The notes under the pieces: model-generated
Database searches by the model: none
Told to the model about the DNA's origin: nothing
What the model saw: the letters and a program-made list of their open reading frames with translations, nothing else
Shown here: positions 24,876 to 39,619 of the stretch, one piece after another
Position numbering within the stretch: the stretch's first letter is position 1
Layout of the letters: every line of letters starts with the position of its first letter
Source of the DNA: Octopus sinensis
Lineage: Eukaryota
Reading direction: 5' to 3'
DNA length: 64,000 bases
Assembly (NCBI RefSeq): GCF_006345805.1
Contig: NW_021833965.1
Span: 7,674-71,673 of the forward strand
Made by a program: the position numbers and the translations under genes

Positions 24876-25284
24876 TGCCTGAATGATACACATTTCCCTC
24901 CGTTACACGTTTCAAATGCGGTCTGTACCAGCAACACAAGCGATAAACTTCAATCAATAGAAACCATAGAACTCTCTCCAAACATTGGTAGCATTTGATT
25001 CCAACTAAGATGGTCGAAGCAAGATGCTATAATTCATTCTTTAGGGTTCTTGGAGAATGTATCGAAGCAGCAAACAGTGCGAGGAGTGGTGGATATGGGG
25101 TGGGGTGAGAAGTAGGCGGAGTTAAATGTTTGAAGCAAAAACGAAAATTATCAAATTGGACTGTCATGAAGTTGATGAAGATGCTGATGATGATTGATAA
25201 CGATGATAATTGTGGGGGAGGGAATGATGATGATGGTTGTGGTGGTGTTTCTTGCGATGGTAGTGCTAGGGGCTATGATAAAAA

Positions 25285-25297
25285 TTATATAATAATC

Positions 25298-25328
<31 letters not shown>

Positions 25329-25500
25329 CGATAATAATAATGATAATGTTAATAATAATAATTATAATAATTTTGTTATTGTTGGTATTATAACAATAAT
25401 AACAATTACTATTATTATTATTATTATTATATTATTATTATTATTGTTATTATTATCATTATTATTATTATTAATATATCATTTCTATTATAATTATTAT
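25285..25500. repeat. (AAT)n switching to (ATT)n
   Basis: Directly visible runs in opposite orientations. Confidence 0.9.
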
Positions 25501-25739
25501 CTTTTACAATTATGTTGAAGTTTATTTTCGGGATTATCACGACCATGAGCAGGATAGGAATGATGATGATGTTGCCGATGACGTTGATGACGACGATTAA
25601 GATGCTGATGATGATGATGAAGCAAACAACGACTACGGCGGAGGGTAGGGTGGCTACGTCGGTAGTGCTGGTGGTGGTGGTGGTGGAGATGGTGACGATG
25701 AAAATAACAAAACAACAAATAATGAAACGAAAAAACGGT

Positions 25740-26825
25740 GCCTGAAAATGGAGAGGCTGGTTGAGAGGGCAAAGATATGTAGCAAGGATATAGGGATGGT
25801 ATTCGGTATGTAGAAGTGTATGGGGTGCTCAATTTGAAACGGGTGTAAAAAAAACAGATTGAAGGGGCAGAGAATAACCAAACGGAGAGAAAATGGAAGA
25901 CCGGGACGAGGGTGCGTACAAGTACCTTGCGATCTTGGAGCTGGACATAGGGAATTTTAATACAAGGTCAACACTGCATATTTGAATCGCCTCAAACATC
26001 TCTTGAAATCAAGGCTGACCCCAAGGAACCTTGTGACTGCCATCAACATATGGAATGTTGCTGTTGTCCGCTATACTGTACCCTCCTGAAATGAACACGG
26101 GCGGATTTTAACCAACATAATCGCACTACACGAAAGACAATGACAATGCATGGTGCCCTACACCCTAAGGCGAATTTGCACAGGCTCTACAGGAAGAGCG
26201 GTAAAGGTGGACGTGGGCTGATTAATGTACGGGACTGCATCAACAGTGAAAGAAGAATCATGGCAGAGTATGCTGCTAATGCAGAAGGATTTACCATAAA
26301 TACACTTGAGAGTCCTAATCACATTTTAGTGCTTGTGAAAGTCTTGCGCAGAAAGTGTAAAAGCACAGACACGACAAAGCAGCCCAAAACCTCCATTGGC
26401 TACTATGTCGGAAGTATGGATACGAGGCAACGGATGCTTGGTGTCAGCATCCACCAGAAAAGGAGAAGGCAACAATCCTCTTGGACTTTGACTTCCAGAC
26501 AGACAAGGTGTTAGAGCACCGAAGGGCAGACATTGTAACATTTAAGAGAGACAAACAATAATAATAATCGACGTGGCAATGTCGGCAGATCAACATGTCA
26601 TCATAAAAGAAACAGAAATGATTGATAAATATGGAGACCTGAGAAATGAGATCGCTAAGCTGTGGCAGCTACGAGAGTCAAACATAATGTTTGTCCCTAT
26701 TGTCATCGGAGCATTGGGTTCATACCACCCAACCTGGAAAAACATTTGGATACTGTAGAAATACACTACAATCTCGGTGAAGCACCTGGTCTTGAGCTGG
26801 TTCTGAAGCATTTGGGAAGCCGCAA
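25740..26825 (+). pseudogene. R4/Dong-like RLE LINE fragment, internally deleted
   Basis: YKYLAILE; MHGALHPKANLHRLYRKSGKGGRGL; LWDFDFQTDKVLEHRRADI-type segment; IDVAMSAD...KYGDL...VPIVIGALGS across frameshifts. Confidence 0.85.
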
Positions 26826-27359
26826 TATAAGGTTCAATGTCAGGAACATTGATTGTCACTGTTTGATTGTCACCGTCATGACAGCTAGTTTGTGCGGACG
26901 CAACTTTTGGAAATATACAATTGACTGCGGTCAACAAAACCACACTGTATTCGTTACGCTTTTTTTTTTCATTTTGGAATTTTTCGTCTTTTACATTTAT
27001 TTTTCTTTTTTGTACGTCCGGAAAACAATATTAGAACTGTCTTGTAAAGAGTGGTGAGTCGAAGACCATAAAATTCAACATTGAAGCTAAACAGTCCGGA
27101 TGTAGCAGGAAAATCTATTTCAAGGTTTCTCTTTGCGTTTGCCAAAAAGAACAATAGCAAGGACAACTGTTGAATGTTGCTGACATTTCAGTGACACCTG
27201 GTACAAATACTCGACAAAGGAAATGGTCCTGTACACATTACAAGGGAAGAACTACCACATCCAAGCACCAATTGTCTAACTACAACCGTTGAGGACAATT
27301 TCAATGCTCAAAGCAACAACAGCAACGAGAGCAAAGCAACGATGGAGCATCGTCTGTAA

Positions 27360-27742
27360 GCAGCCGTTGCACTCCGTCGGTTACGACGACGAGGGTTCCA
27401 CTTGATCCAATCAACAGAATAGCCTGCTCATGAAATTAACGTGCGAGTTGTTGAGCACTCCAGAGACACGTGTACCCTTAACGTAATTTTCGGGGAGATT
27501 CAGCGTGACACAGAGTGTGATAAGGCTGGTTTCTTTGAAATGCAGGTACAACGGATACAGGAAGAAAGAGTGAGAGAAAGTTGTTGTGAAAGAGTATAGC
27601 AGGGTTCGCCACCACCCTTGCTAGAACCTCGTAGAGCTTTAGGCTTTTTCGCTCAATAAACACTCATAGCGCCCAGTCTGGGAGACGAAACTGCAATCCT
27701 ATGACCGCTAGTCCACAACCTAACTATTAGGCCATTGTGCCT
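27360..27742 (-). mobile_element. Family B SINE, chimeric (B3-type head/body with B1 tail)
   Basis: Tail matches 43445 and 16900-17050; the body gaagaaagagtgagagaaagttg...ctcaataaacactc matches 40840-40950. Confidence 0.75.
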
Positions 27743-28124
27743 CTACTGTAAGTGTCAATTTATGAATCTGGAAACCAAAGACCGACAGATATTGGCAAAT
27801 ATCTTCAAGTAAGCGAAAATAGATTCCACAAAATTATCAGAAAACAAAGGGAGGTTTTGATTTCATGTTTGATAACCTGAAGAAACTCGGTAAAGCAATA
27901 ATTCATCTCTTTCAGAAAAGTAGCCATACCCTGCTGGAAGGAACAAGGCTCCATTCTCAATTAAGTGAAATTCACAGGATTTCGCAAGACTAACTTTTAT
28001 ATCATAAACGACTTGTACGAAATACACACTGCTTCCAAACGAGGTGTGGATCGAGAAGGGAATTCTTTAAACAGCATCGAAAATGTTAATGGAATAATAT
28101 TCAAATAGACAACATCCTGTGTTA

Positions 28125-28188
28125 TTTGTCCGTAAATCAAAATCAATAACAATAATAACAATCATCATCATCATCATCATCATCATCA

Positions 28189-28239
<51 letters not shown>

Positions 28240-28256
28240 TATTATCACCATCATCA

Positions 28257-28292
<36 letters not shown>
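28125..28292. repeat. (AAT)n/(CAT)n/(ATT)n microsatellite
   Basis: Directly visible runs. Confidence 0.9.
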
Positions 28293-28294
<2 letters not shown>

Positions 28295-28716
28295 TTTTTT
28301 TTTCTTCTTTCAAATTTGCTTCCATTTCTTGCCGAGTGTCTTCCCGACTCCTAGGGCAAATAAACTCATAGTATACATTGGTAGGCCATTAAACTAAACT
28401 CACTAGCTCGTTCATTTTTTTTTTAAGTTAAATTAAAATACATGGGTAGTAATAGTTCTCACATCGACAATGCTCTTCTCAATACGTGTGTTGTACCAGT
28501 TAAGACAATCTTTTGCACTTCTTGCAGGGATGGTAAGCCAGGGATCATTCTCATATAATTTTCGGTTCCCTTCTTGATCATTCCTAGTGCTCCTACGATC
28601 ACTGGTATTATAACCGCCTTGAGATGCCACATTTTCTCAATTTCAATGAGCAGGTCTTTATATTTTTTGAGCTTGTCAAACTCTTTCGCCGAGATATTAT
28701 GATCACAGGGGATGCT
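28293..28716 (-). pseudogene. R4/Dong-like LINE 3' end (RLE C-terminus plus 3' UTR)
   Basis: IPCDHNISAKEFDKLKKYKDLLIEIEKMWHLKAVIIPVIVGALGMIKKG...LQEVQKIVLTGTTHVLRRALSM*; trinucleotide repeats on both sides. Confidence 0.9.
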
Positions 28717-28723
28717 CATTATT

Positions 28724-28760
<37 letters not shown>

Positions 28761-28852
28761 CATTATTATTATTATTATTATTATTATTGTTATTATTGTT
28801 ATTATTACTATTATTATTATTATTATATTATTATTATTATTATTATTATTAT

Positions 28853-29100
28853 TGTGGAGGCGCGTGGTTTAGTGTTTAGGGCGTCAGAATCATGATCGTA
28901 AGATTGTGGTTTCGATTCCTGGACCGGGCGACGCGTTGTGTTCTTGAGCAAAACACTTCATTTCACGTTGCTCCAGTCCACTCAGCTAGCAAAAATGAGT
29001 AACGCTGCGATGGATTGGCGTCCCGTCCAGCTGAGGAACACATACGCCATAGGAACCGGGAAACTGGGGCCATGGGCCTGGCTAGGCTTTAAAAAGGGCG

Positions 29101-29101
<1 letters not shown>
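28853..29101 (+). mobile_element. Family B SINE (B2), well preserved
   Basis: A-box-like tggtttagtg, B-box-like ggtttcgattcc, body ttgctccagtccactcagctag, V-domain-like gcgatggattggcgtcccgtccag, (ATT)n tail. Confidence 0.85.
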
Positions 29102-29149
<48 letters not shown>

Positions 29150-29184
29150 CATTATTATTATTATTATTATTATGAAGGTTGTAA

Positions 29185-29392
29185 GGTGGCAGAATCGTTA
29201 GCACGCTGGACGAAGTGCTCAGCGGCATTTCGCCCTTCCTTGTGTTCTGAGTTTAAATTCTGCCGAAGTCGAAGTTGCCTTTCATCTTTTCCAGGTCCAT
29301 AAATTAAGTACCAGCTGTGTGCTGGAGATCGATGTAATCGACTATCCTCCTCCCTCAAATTTCAGACCTTGTTCCTATAGTAGAAACCATCA
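29185..29392 (+). mobile_element. SINE family A monomer
   Basis: tggcagaatcgttagcacg...ttgcctttcatc...aattaagtaccag. Confidence 0.8.
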
Positions 29393-29414
29393 TCATTATT
29401 ATTATTATTATTAT

Positions 29415-29470
<56 letters not shown>

Positions 29471-29647
29471 ACGGCACAGCAGCTGCACGGAGATTTTCCA
29501 CTGATTTACAATAATTACACCACAGTAGCAATCCTGAAAGAGATTAACGAACTGTTAAGGAAAAGAAGATCACGGACCAGTTAATGTTTGCCTTGAATGA
29601 CCCGCATACATTCCATGTCCACGACACATCGCTACATATACCACTAT

Positions 29648-30400
<753 letters not shown>

Positions 30401-31378
30401 CATATGTGAACGTGGTGTGTGCGCGAACGTCTACACGAGTGTTACTTTATATGTTTTTGTTTCTTTTTTTACATTAGCAGTCAAGACATACAAAAATGAA
30501 ATTCAAAATGAAAGCCAAGATGTAAAACAAAAAAATAAAGTAACCAATAAAATTAACCAATGAAATATCGTACGTATATTTAGTTTGTTACGGACGGAAA
30601 ACTCCACGTGACTTAGTTATCATGCCCTATTCAGACGACATTGATTCTAAGCCATCTTACATACACGATATAATTTTTGCTCTTAGTTCCGGAATGGACA
30701 AACGCATCATTTGAAAACCAAGACTACAAGTAATTATACATTACTGCCAACCATTTATTTATTTATTTATTTATTTATTTATCTATTTATTTATTTATTC
30801 ATCCATTCATTTACTCGTAAGTTTTATTCACTATGTTTATATTTCGACTATTTTTGTTTTCTTTTATACCCTTCTTATTTTTGTGCTGTTTATTATTTTT
30901 GCTTGTGGGTTAGTTGTTAATGTATAATTCTTGTTATTTTTCCGTTTGCTTTTTTTTCTTTCTCTCTCAATGGATAATGGTCGAAGAAGTAAAGAACGAA
31001 AGAAAGGGAAGACAAATCCTGTCCCTGAGTGGCTTTAATGATCGACCAGACAGTTTACATCTAATTGTTCTCCACTTACGCTGACAACTTGTTGAACAAC
31101 GGCTGTCTCCGTTTTCACTTAATGTGTATATATATATAAATACATGGTTAGATATATACACATCTAAACACATGCGTGTGCGTGTGTGTGTGTAATGGCT
31201 GTAGACGTTGATTCCAGAAGCAATCCAGTCACCGTTGAATTCATCATCGCAAGTAAAAAGTGAATGCAATCAATCTCAGATTTTGCTAGAGTGCATTGTA
31301 TATAACTGATCATCGGTCTCAAGTAAGCGACCATCATACAACTATGAACATTTACAAGCGTGCAAATAAACACACGCT

Positions 31379-31428
<50 letters not shown>

Positions 31429-31607
31429 TATATAATATACGTGTAATAATACAAGTGAATATATTTTATATGGTTAGATTGTTTAGCCTCTATTTTTCAG
31501 AAAATTTTCACCTGAAAATGTTTTAAAAGAATTTCATTCTTATATTAGAAGTGTATATGTATATATATATATATATGCAGACAGAGAGAGAGAGTGAGAG
31601 AGTGAGA

Positions 31608-31948
31608 GAGGCGCATGGCTCAGTAGTTAGAGCGTCGGGCTTAAGATCGTGAGGTTGTGATTTTTATTCCCAGACCGCAGACCGGGATCCTTGTTTTGTT
31701 CTTGCGCAAGGCACTTTATTTCACGTTGCTCCAGTTCACTCAGCTGTAGAAATGAGTTGCTATGTCACTGGTGCCAAGTTGTATCGGTCCCTTTGCCTTT
31801 TCCTTCGATAACATCGGTGGCGTGGAGAGGGAAGGCTGGTATGTATGGACGACAGTGGGTCTTCCATAAGCAACATTGCCCGGACTTGTGCCTGGGAGAA
31901 TAACTTTCTAGGCGCAATCCCATGGTCATACATGACCGAAGGGGGTCT
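31608..31948 (+). mobile_element. Family B SINE (B4 tail)
   Basis: ggcgcatggctcagtagttagagcgtcggg head with ttgctccagttcactcagctgtagaaatgagt domain. Confidence 0.8.
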
Positions 31949-31949
31949 C

Positions 31950-32011
<62 letters not shown>

Positions 32012-32126
32012 CAGGGATACAGGCATCCAGCAACAGGACCTCCGTAATGCTATGATGGACCGTGAAGTTCCGGCGCAACATGGTAAATTCCATTGTCTCG
32101 ACCACGGTCGAACAATGTTGATGATG

Positions 32127-32128
<2 letters not shown>
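32012..32128 (+). mobile_element. RTE-clade LINE 3' end fragment with (GAT)n tail
   Basis: DTGIQQQDLRNAMMDREV..(fs)RNMVNSIVST resembles the RTE C-terminal AxDRxxWR motif. Confidence 0.5.
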
Positions 32129-32160
<32 letters not shown>

Positions 32161-32337
32161 ATATATGTATATATATTTATATGTATGTATGTATGTATGT
32201 TGTATAGACAAACATACATACATACATACATATACATGCATGCATACATATATATGTACACATACGTGTGTGTGCGCGCGCATATCCATAAGTTCAGAAC
32301 AGTACTTCCCTTATTTATGTCACGCATATCATATATA

Positions 32338-33265
32338 CGAGTGGCATTTAATCTTCTTCAAAGTAGTCTTCTTCGGAAGTCACACACTTAATCCAGTGCT
32401 GTTTCCATTTATGGAAAACATTCCTGGAACTCGTTTTCTGGGATAATCAGAAGGTGCGTTGCCATGGTGCAATTGCCACTCACCGGATGCATGCAGTTGT
32501 GGCCTTTTCCGAAGAATACCATCCCGCAAACGCCGTAAAACGTTACGGTGGTACTCCTTGTTTACTGCCTGACAAGGTGATGCATACTCATGATGAGCAA
32601 TCGCCTTGTAGCCGTGCTTTCTTCAGTTTCGGAGAGGTTCGGGTCTTCCACTGCGAAGACTAACCCTTTGTTTCGGGATCATAGCCATCGACCCACGATT
32701 CATCACCCGTTATGACCACTTTCAAAATGTTTTCATCGTTCTTGACACAATCAAAGAGATCTTGTGCAACTGAAAACCGAGTGTATTTATGGTCAGCTGA
32801 GTGTATTTATGCACATCCTCTCATAACTCACAAATGGTGATTCGACGATTTCTACTCACAGCTGCATGCATATCTGTGAAATTTTTCTCAGTTCTGTTGG
32901 TTGCGGGCCTCCCAGAACGTTCGTCAATATCGACATTTTTTCGGCCGTCTTGGAAATGTCTGAACCACTCGTACACTTGTTTGCGGCTCATTCACTCCTT
33001 TCCATGCACTTTCTGTAACTTTGCGTAGACCTCCTAGCAGGTACCGCCATAAAAACTTTCTATGTCATGGTTAATGTGATGATCACACGCTACACACCTT
33101 CCTTCTATGCACTTCTGTAAAGAGTATAAGTGAGCTAGTACGTTAAAACTTAGTGTGCGTGTACAGTAGAGTTCAAGGTCAATGTATTTCAAGCGGCTTC
33201 ACTCTGAGGTGTGCTTTAGCTTCGTTACTATAGCAACAGTCTGGTTGTTTATTCATCAGGCCTCG
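32338..33265 (-). pseudogene. Internally deleted mariner (DD34D) transposase element
   Basis: MSRKQVYEWFRHFQDGRKNVDIDERSGRP; VITGDESWVDGYDPETK; LHHGNAPS; IPENEFQECF..W.KCV..EDYFEED*; TA and cgag at both ends. Confidence 0.85.
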
Positions 33266-34039
33266 TATACATATATATGTGTATATATACACATATATGC
33301 ATTTATATATACACACACGCATATATATATATATGCATATATACATATATATATATATTCACACACACACACACATACGCGCACACACCACACGCACGTT
33401 CATCATTCGTTCATATATGTATATACATACGCACATGCATATATGTGCGAGTGACAAGTGATTCTTCCCTTACCAATGCTTGCATAATAAACACAAGTGA
33501 ATGTAAAGAAATGATATCGAAAACCAAATTCTATTATTCCATTATTTAAGAATACATGACAAATTCTAACCACATTATGTATTATCCGATTGTAATGCAT
33601 GTAATAGAAATTCCAAATGGATTCTAAGATATTGTAGGATAAGAAATGCTGTTAAGAATCGGTGGTGGTACCAATAACATTAGTAGTTGCCTCCATAGCT
33701 ATGGCATTTTCTATCGACCTGGCTCCGAGCTCCATTTCGCTATCTCTAAATAATACTCATTTTTTGTGATAGAGATAATTGTTGAAGTTAGCGACAACAC
33801 TCTGTAATTAATGTGCTTCGTTGGTTTGGATTTTTGTCTAAGTATGACCAGTCCTTTCAAAGGACGACTGTCGAACAGCAACCATTATAAAAATCAATCC
33901 GTAATATATCGAGACAGTAAATAGATCCTCAGTCGAGGTATTTTCATCAGTAACAAGGGAAATATTGAGACTGACTTTAATTGTGGAATTGTTAAATCTG
34001 CAACCATACTCTGGAGAATGAACGCTATCTGTTCTTCCA

Positions 34040-34420
34040 AAAGCGTCGGCCTACGTTCAATGATATCATAGTTCTATCAATAGTTCTTTGTGTAAGTGAG
34101 ACATGGAGGAGCACCATGGAATTCGACCGAAAGCTCTATGTGTTCCTCCTATTTATCCTTCATAAGAATTCTGAGATCCTACTGGCAGGACCACATGACC
34201 ACCGAAGAGCGCAAAAGAAGACCCACTTAGCGAAATCATTACAGAATGAAGAATAAAACGAGCAGATCTGATACTCCAACAGAAGCAGGGAACAAAAATC
34301 TGCTAAAGATTGTTTGCCACCATGACATGACAATCCTGTTTTAGGACGAATATTGCTGTAATTTAGCCCCAGGAGACATCGTCTCCAGCTGGCTATATTT
34401 TCGAACAAGGGAATCTAACA
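34040..34420 (+). mobile_element. Ancient RTE-like LINE remnant
   Basis: IRILRSYWQDHMTTEE resembles the RTE RRILxIxWxDxITNEE motif. Confidence 0.4.
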
Positions 34421-35379
34421 ACCCCACTCAGCTCAAAACAATTCCCTTATTCGAAAATATAAAGACACAAATCGTGTCGTATAGTCTCCTAGGACTAAAT
34501 TACAGCAACATTCGTCTTAAACTAGGACTGCCATGTTATGTTGGCAAACAATCTTTACTCCAAAGTACTGTTGCTGAATATCTCTCGTTGTAGGATTTAA
34601 AAATAGTAATTTTCTAACAAAAGCTACATTGCGCAGAATATTCATAACTGACATGGAAGAGGCCAATATCACAAGGCTGGGTGTAGAGAAAACAAGAGCC
34701 AACATTATTAACCTTTAGTGTCAACTGGCTGCCCTGTGTGTTCAAGAGCATATGAAAAATTGATTGTGACTAGGTGCCACGTTGCGTTTATATAGATAAA
34801 TATTCCATACAATATGTCAACTAAATGCTCAAGTTGCTACTCTCGGTACAGCTGAAAATGGACACCAGACTAACGTGATAGCCACCTCTGTAACTGTCAC
34901 ACTCTTGCAGTTCTGCTCGGATAGCGAGTGGGAGGATAGAAATATTTTCTGCATCTGCTTTCGATGATAATGTTTACTCAAAAAGCTTCACCGACAACCA
35001 CATGTGATGTAGCGAGTTAAATATTGTAGCATTTTTTGATAAATCTACCAACATATGTTTTTCACAAAACTACACATTCTAACCATTCTAAATACTTGTT
35101 AATTCCTGTTTCGTAAGAAAAACAACTGCTCAAAATGTAATTATCCTAGGTGTTAAACATCAGCTACACTCTCTTCTTTGAGTATCTTTCTAAAAATTCA
35201 TGTTTAGAGACTGAGCTTCCCTGGAGTTCTTTCCCTTCATTTCTGAGAACAAATTTTCCTTACCATTATGTTTTACATTAGTCTTCTAACTTCATTCAAT
35301 AAAAATTGCATTAATCATCCTTTCACTTGAAGTATGGTAGTCTGTATTCGCTATCATACGTTACTAATGATATTGAACA

Positions 35380-35750
35380 ATGCAAACATTATGACAGCAT
35401 TAGGCAACAGAAAAGTTTCTCTGGACCACATAACAGATAATTGTCTTTGACATAGAAACTACTATACAATATCGGTAACAGGATACGAACCATTGATTCA
35501 TCTTCTTGGAATTTATGTATTCTGTCGAATCGGACATTTTTGGCTTCCATTGTTAAAAGAAACGAGCAATTTCGTAGCCCGAAACAGCCGAGTAATTTAT
35601 CTATTTTACATAGCTTCAATATACATCCTTCAGACACATACTGCAATAGAGCTTGTAAGAGACAATCATAAACTCTTAACCGATTTTTCTCAAACAATTG
35701 TTGTACGATATGTGTTTCTGCAACATTGCTATAGAATAATAATTGCATCC
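35380..35750 (-). mobile_element. Possible ancient CR1/L2-like RT remnant
   Basis: YDCLLQALL...DKLLG...NCSFLL..KNVRF...ILLPILYSSFYVKD loosely follows the FD..LL.KL..G.LL.W..SFL..R.Q.V...LGP.LF.YINDL RT pattern. Confidence 0.3.
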
Positions 35751-35814
35751 TTTTACTCTTTCAAATAGATGCTAAATACAGACATATTTCTTGACTAAAA
35801 GCAACGGATTCTAC

Positions 35815-35823
35815 TAATGTATG

Positions 35824-35854
<31 letters not shown>

Positions 35855-35973
35855 GCATTGCTATAATCCGTTATATATATATATGTATATATATACGTGT
35901 GTGTATGTGTATGTGTGTGAGTGCGCTCGCGTATGCGTGTATCTTCTGTGTGTGAGTGTCTGTATATATAATA

Positions 35974-36004
<31 letters not shown>

Positions 36005-36185
36005 CATATATTCATATATATATGTATATTTATATGTATATACATATATACAGGTACGTATGTGTACGTATATATGATATATTCGCATGTATATATAATG
36101 TATGTATATATATATGTATATAGATATATGTATGTATATATATTTAATACATGTGTTCATATATATATATATATATATATATAAA
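35815..36185. repeat. (TA)n/(TG)n microsatellite
   Basis: Directly visible runs. Confidence 0.9.
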
Positions 36186-36959
36186 TCGATTATCATTTTA
36201 CAGCTATGGGTCTTTCAATCTCTCCTCGCCCTCTCTCCCTCTCTTTCTCTGTCACTCTCTTTATCGACGATTCTCTAACTATCATTCATTCGTTCTTTCA
36301 TTTCTTTTGTGCGATCTCATTTCCCCCGTCATCTTAATCATCGTATTAATGCAGACATCTATTTCCGGATATAACGACGCCAGTTCTTCCTCAAACATAC
36401 TTCTGGTGAAAACTTGCTCAAACAATCACTATAAATATTCCTATCTAAAAGAACGTTTGCCTCGCTCTACTACTTGGAATAAAACAGATAGCTTTATCAA
36501 TCTCCGAGTCACAACTCATTGCAAACTATTTGTCGTGCACGCGGACAGTAACACATAATGTTGTATAAACGACCACATACAAACACAATCATATATATAT
36601 ATATATATATATATAATGTGTGGTGTGAGAGAGAGAGAGAGAGAGAGAGAATACAGTGTATAGTTATATACATATATAACCATAGAGGTACACACGTGTA
36701 CATGCACACACCAACGCACACTTTCAGCTGGTAGAGTAAAGTGCATTAATTCCGTGGTGAGTTCCTTTATGACGTAGGGACACACGGATACGCACGCGCA
36801 TGCGCACACAAGCGCATGCCCATAAACACACAAAGCATGCAACATCGGAAATGGACCCACAATATGTCAATGTCTCCTTGGTCGATTCATCCATATCTAT
36901 GCGGTCAATTCATAGATGACATGGCCAGCTCTCAGGCTTTCTGACCCATCGCTGTTTAT

Positions 36960-37038
36960 ACATGCATATATATACATACATACACACATATATGCAAGTG
37001 CATATATATATATGTAAGTATGTATGTATGTATGTATG

Positions 37039-37107
<69 letters not shown>

Positions 37108-38050
37108 ACATAATATTATAATATATAAATAATATATATATTTTTATATATATATATATGCATATATATATATTTTATATTTATATGATATATATATAAT
37201 TATACTTATATGGATATATATATATATATATACGCACGCATACACACGCACACATATACATCTGAAAGTACATGTCTCTCTTTATGCCAATGCATATTTT
37301 ACTGATGCACATATACAGCGGCACACTTTCTCTATCTCTGTATTCCTGTCGATATTCTATTTGTATTCTTACATTCTTTTTTAGTCTCGTTATGCATACA
37401 TTCATATGCTTATGGTACATACATATTTCTCAATACATATGATTTGTATTTATACGCAACTAAATGGATATATAATGCTGAGATTAAAGTTCAGTTTGTG
37501 AAACTAATGCAATTATACTCGCTTGTCATGTATTTGTACCCAGTGTTACGAATAATATTCCATCTGAGACTAAAATATACATTACACTATACAAAGTGTT
37601 GGAAACGTGTTTGCTTTTAGGATAACAGCCATCTTTTTATGCTCTTTAGGAGTGCTTACTCTCACACAAAGAATATCAAGAAATATGCATCAACGTACAC
37701 TGCCGGTATGTGTGTATATGTGCATATAGATAAATGTATATACATATATACATATACATATATAAATATATATATATATATGTGTGTATACATATATGAA
37801 GATATATATGGATATATGTACATGTATAAACATACATATATACATGTGTGTATGTATATATATATATGTATATGTACATATAAAGATATATATATATATA
37901 TGGGTATATGGATATATATATATATGAATATATGTACATATATAAATATATATATACATGTGTGTATGTATATATATATAAGTATATGTATATATAAAGA
38001 TATATATAGATATCACACACTCACACACACACACAACACACACACCACAC

Positions 38051-38096
<46 letters not shown>

Positions 38097-38277
38097 GTGT
38101 GTATGTGTGTGTATTCATACGCATATCTCGATAAAGATATAAAGTGGTCTGTTTTGATCTTGGTGGTAAATATCATACACAACCTCTTCTTTTGTACGTA
38201 TATACAACACATATAATGATATTCATTCTTACATACACACCGTCAGGAACACACACGCCTATTTACACAAGTGCATG

Positions 38278-38310
<33 letters not shown>

Positions 38311-38720
38311 ATTCTCATATATATATATACATATATATATGTATATGTATATGTATATATTTATATATATGTATATGTATATATTTATATATATGTATAT
38401 GTATATATATATATACGCACTCGTTTATATATTTTATATGTGGACACATATTTACATATATATGTGTATATATAGAAACAAGAACGAATCGCCCATGTCA
38501 AATTTATATGTATAGATATATATATACCGTGTATGCATACATACATATGTTTATGTAAGTATGCATGTAAAAATGTGTGTTTGTTGCAGGCGTGTGTGTG
38601 TATGTATGTATATATATTTATATATATGTACGCACATATATATGCATATATATATATATATGCTTTTATGAGTTTGTGAGTGAGAGTGAGAAAGTGGGTG
38701 AGTGAGTGAGTGAGTGAGCG
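36960..38720. repeat. Extended (TA)n/(TATG)n/(CA)n microsatellite field
   Basis: Directly visible runs with short unique spacers. Confidence 0.85.
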
Positions 38721-39619
38721 AAGTGTTATATATGTTTTTAAGTACGTTTAACAGTCATATAATTTATCCTTCCAAGATATACAGAGATTAAAGAAAGATA
38801 TTTAAATTGCTTGAATATTCAAAACGTTTAAAAACCCGATGGAGTTCGAACATTGAATATTCTGTTGCAATTGCGAGTATTGTTGAAATTTCTTCTCCAA
38901 GTTTCACTCTTGAAAATATACCTTTTAATGACATTTCCATGTAGTCAGTTGCTCAACGTAAGCGAGTGTAGGAAATGTGTTATGTTTTGTTTATAAATAT
39001 TAAGACCGTTAGTCCTAGCGAACATTGTTCACATATGTAGAGTTGTGACAGAACCATATTTGCACTGGTGGAGATGATTATATTTGAATGCATCTCGAAC
39101 AAAAATAGCCACGTATTTTTCCTATTTTACATATATACACCTTTCACATGCAAAATACTGAGGTTTTCGTCTGACATAACATCCCTTGTGGACGTACTGT
39201 GTTACAAAATGCATTGTATATCGGACGGTAATTCATTTCCCTCAAATATAATTTAAAAAGGTTTTTAATATTTTTTAAAATCCTCGCTAATGCAAATTAT
39301 AAAGTAATTAATAACTGAAATCAATGATTAGGATGATCAATTGGTATTTGAATATTTCATAGTAATGGAAACCATTCCATAAATTTCAAGAATAGATATT
39401 AATATACAAGGTAATAGTAGTAACAATCGTTTTGTATTATTAATCATTTACAATTTGCCTTATTTGGGCTTTAAAAAGAACCTATTTAAAATTCATATCT
39501 GGAAATGCTTCATGAAAAATATATATTATGTTTTTAACACGGCACATCTTTTAAAGATTTTATTTAGTATGAAGACAGCATTACCATACGTGTCAAAGAA
39601 GTATACACGTTAAGTAGGA

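Noticed and set aside
23986-24981. 331-aa M/D-rich ORF as a gene
   Set aside because: It is a read-through of the (CAT)n array with a frame switch, with no domain content.
33253-33259. Minus-strand CTGATGA as a hammerhead core
   Set aside because: It lies in the mariner terminal sequence, with no stem II or GAAA partner.
35389-35748. 119-aa ORF as a host gene
   Set aside because: No recognisable host domain; better explained as a decayed LINE RT or a chance ORF.
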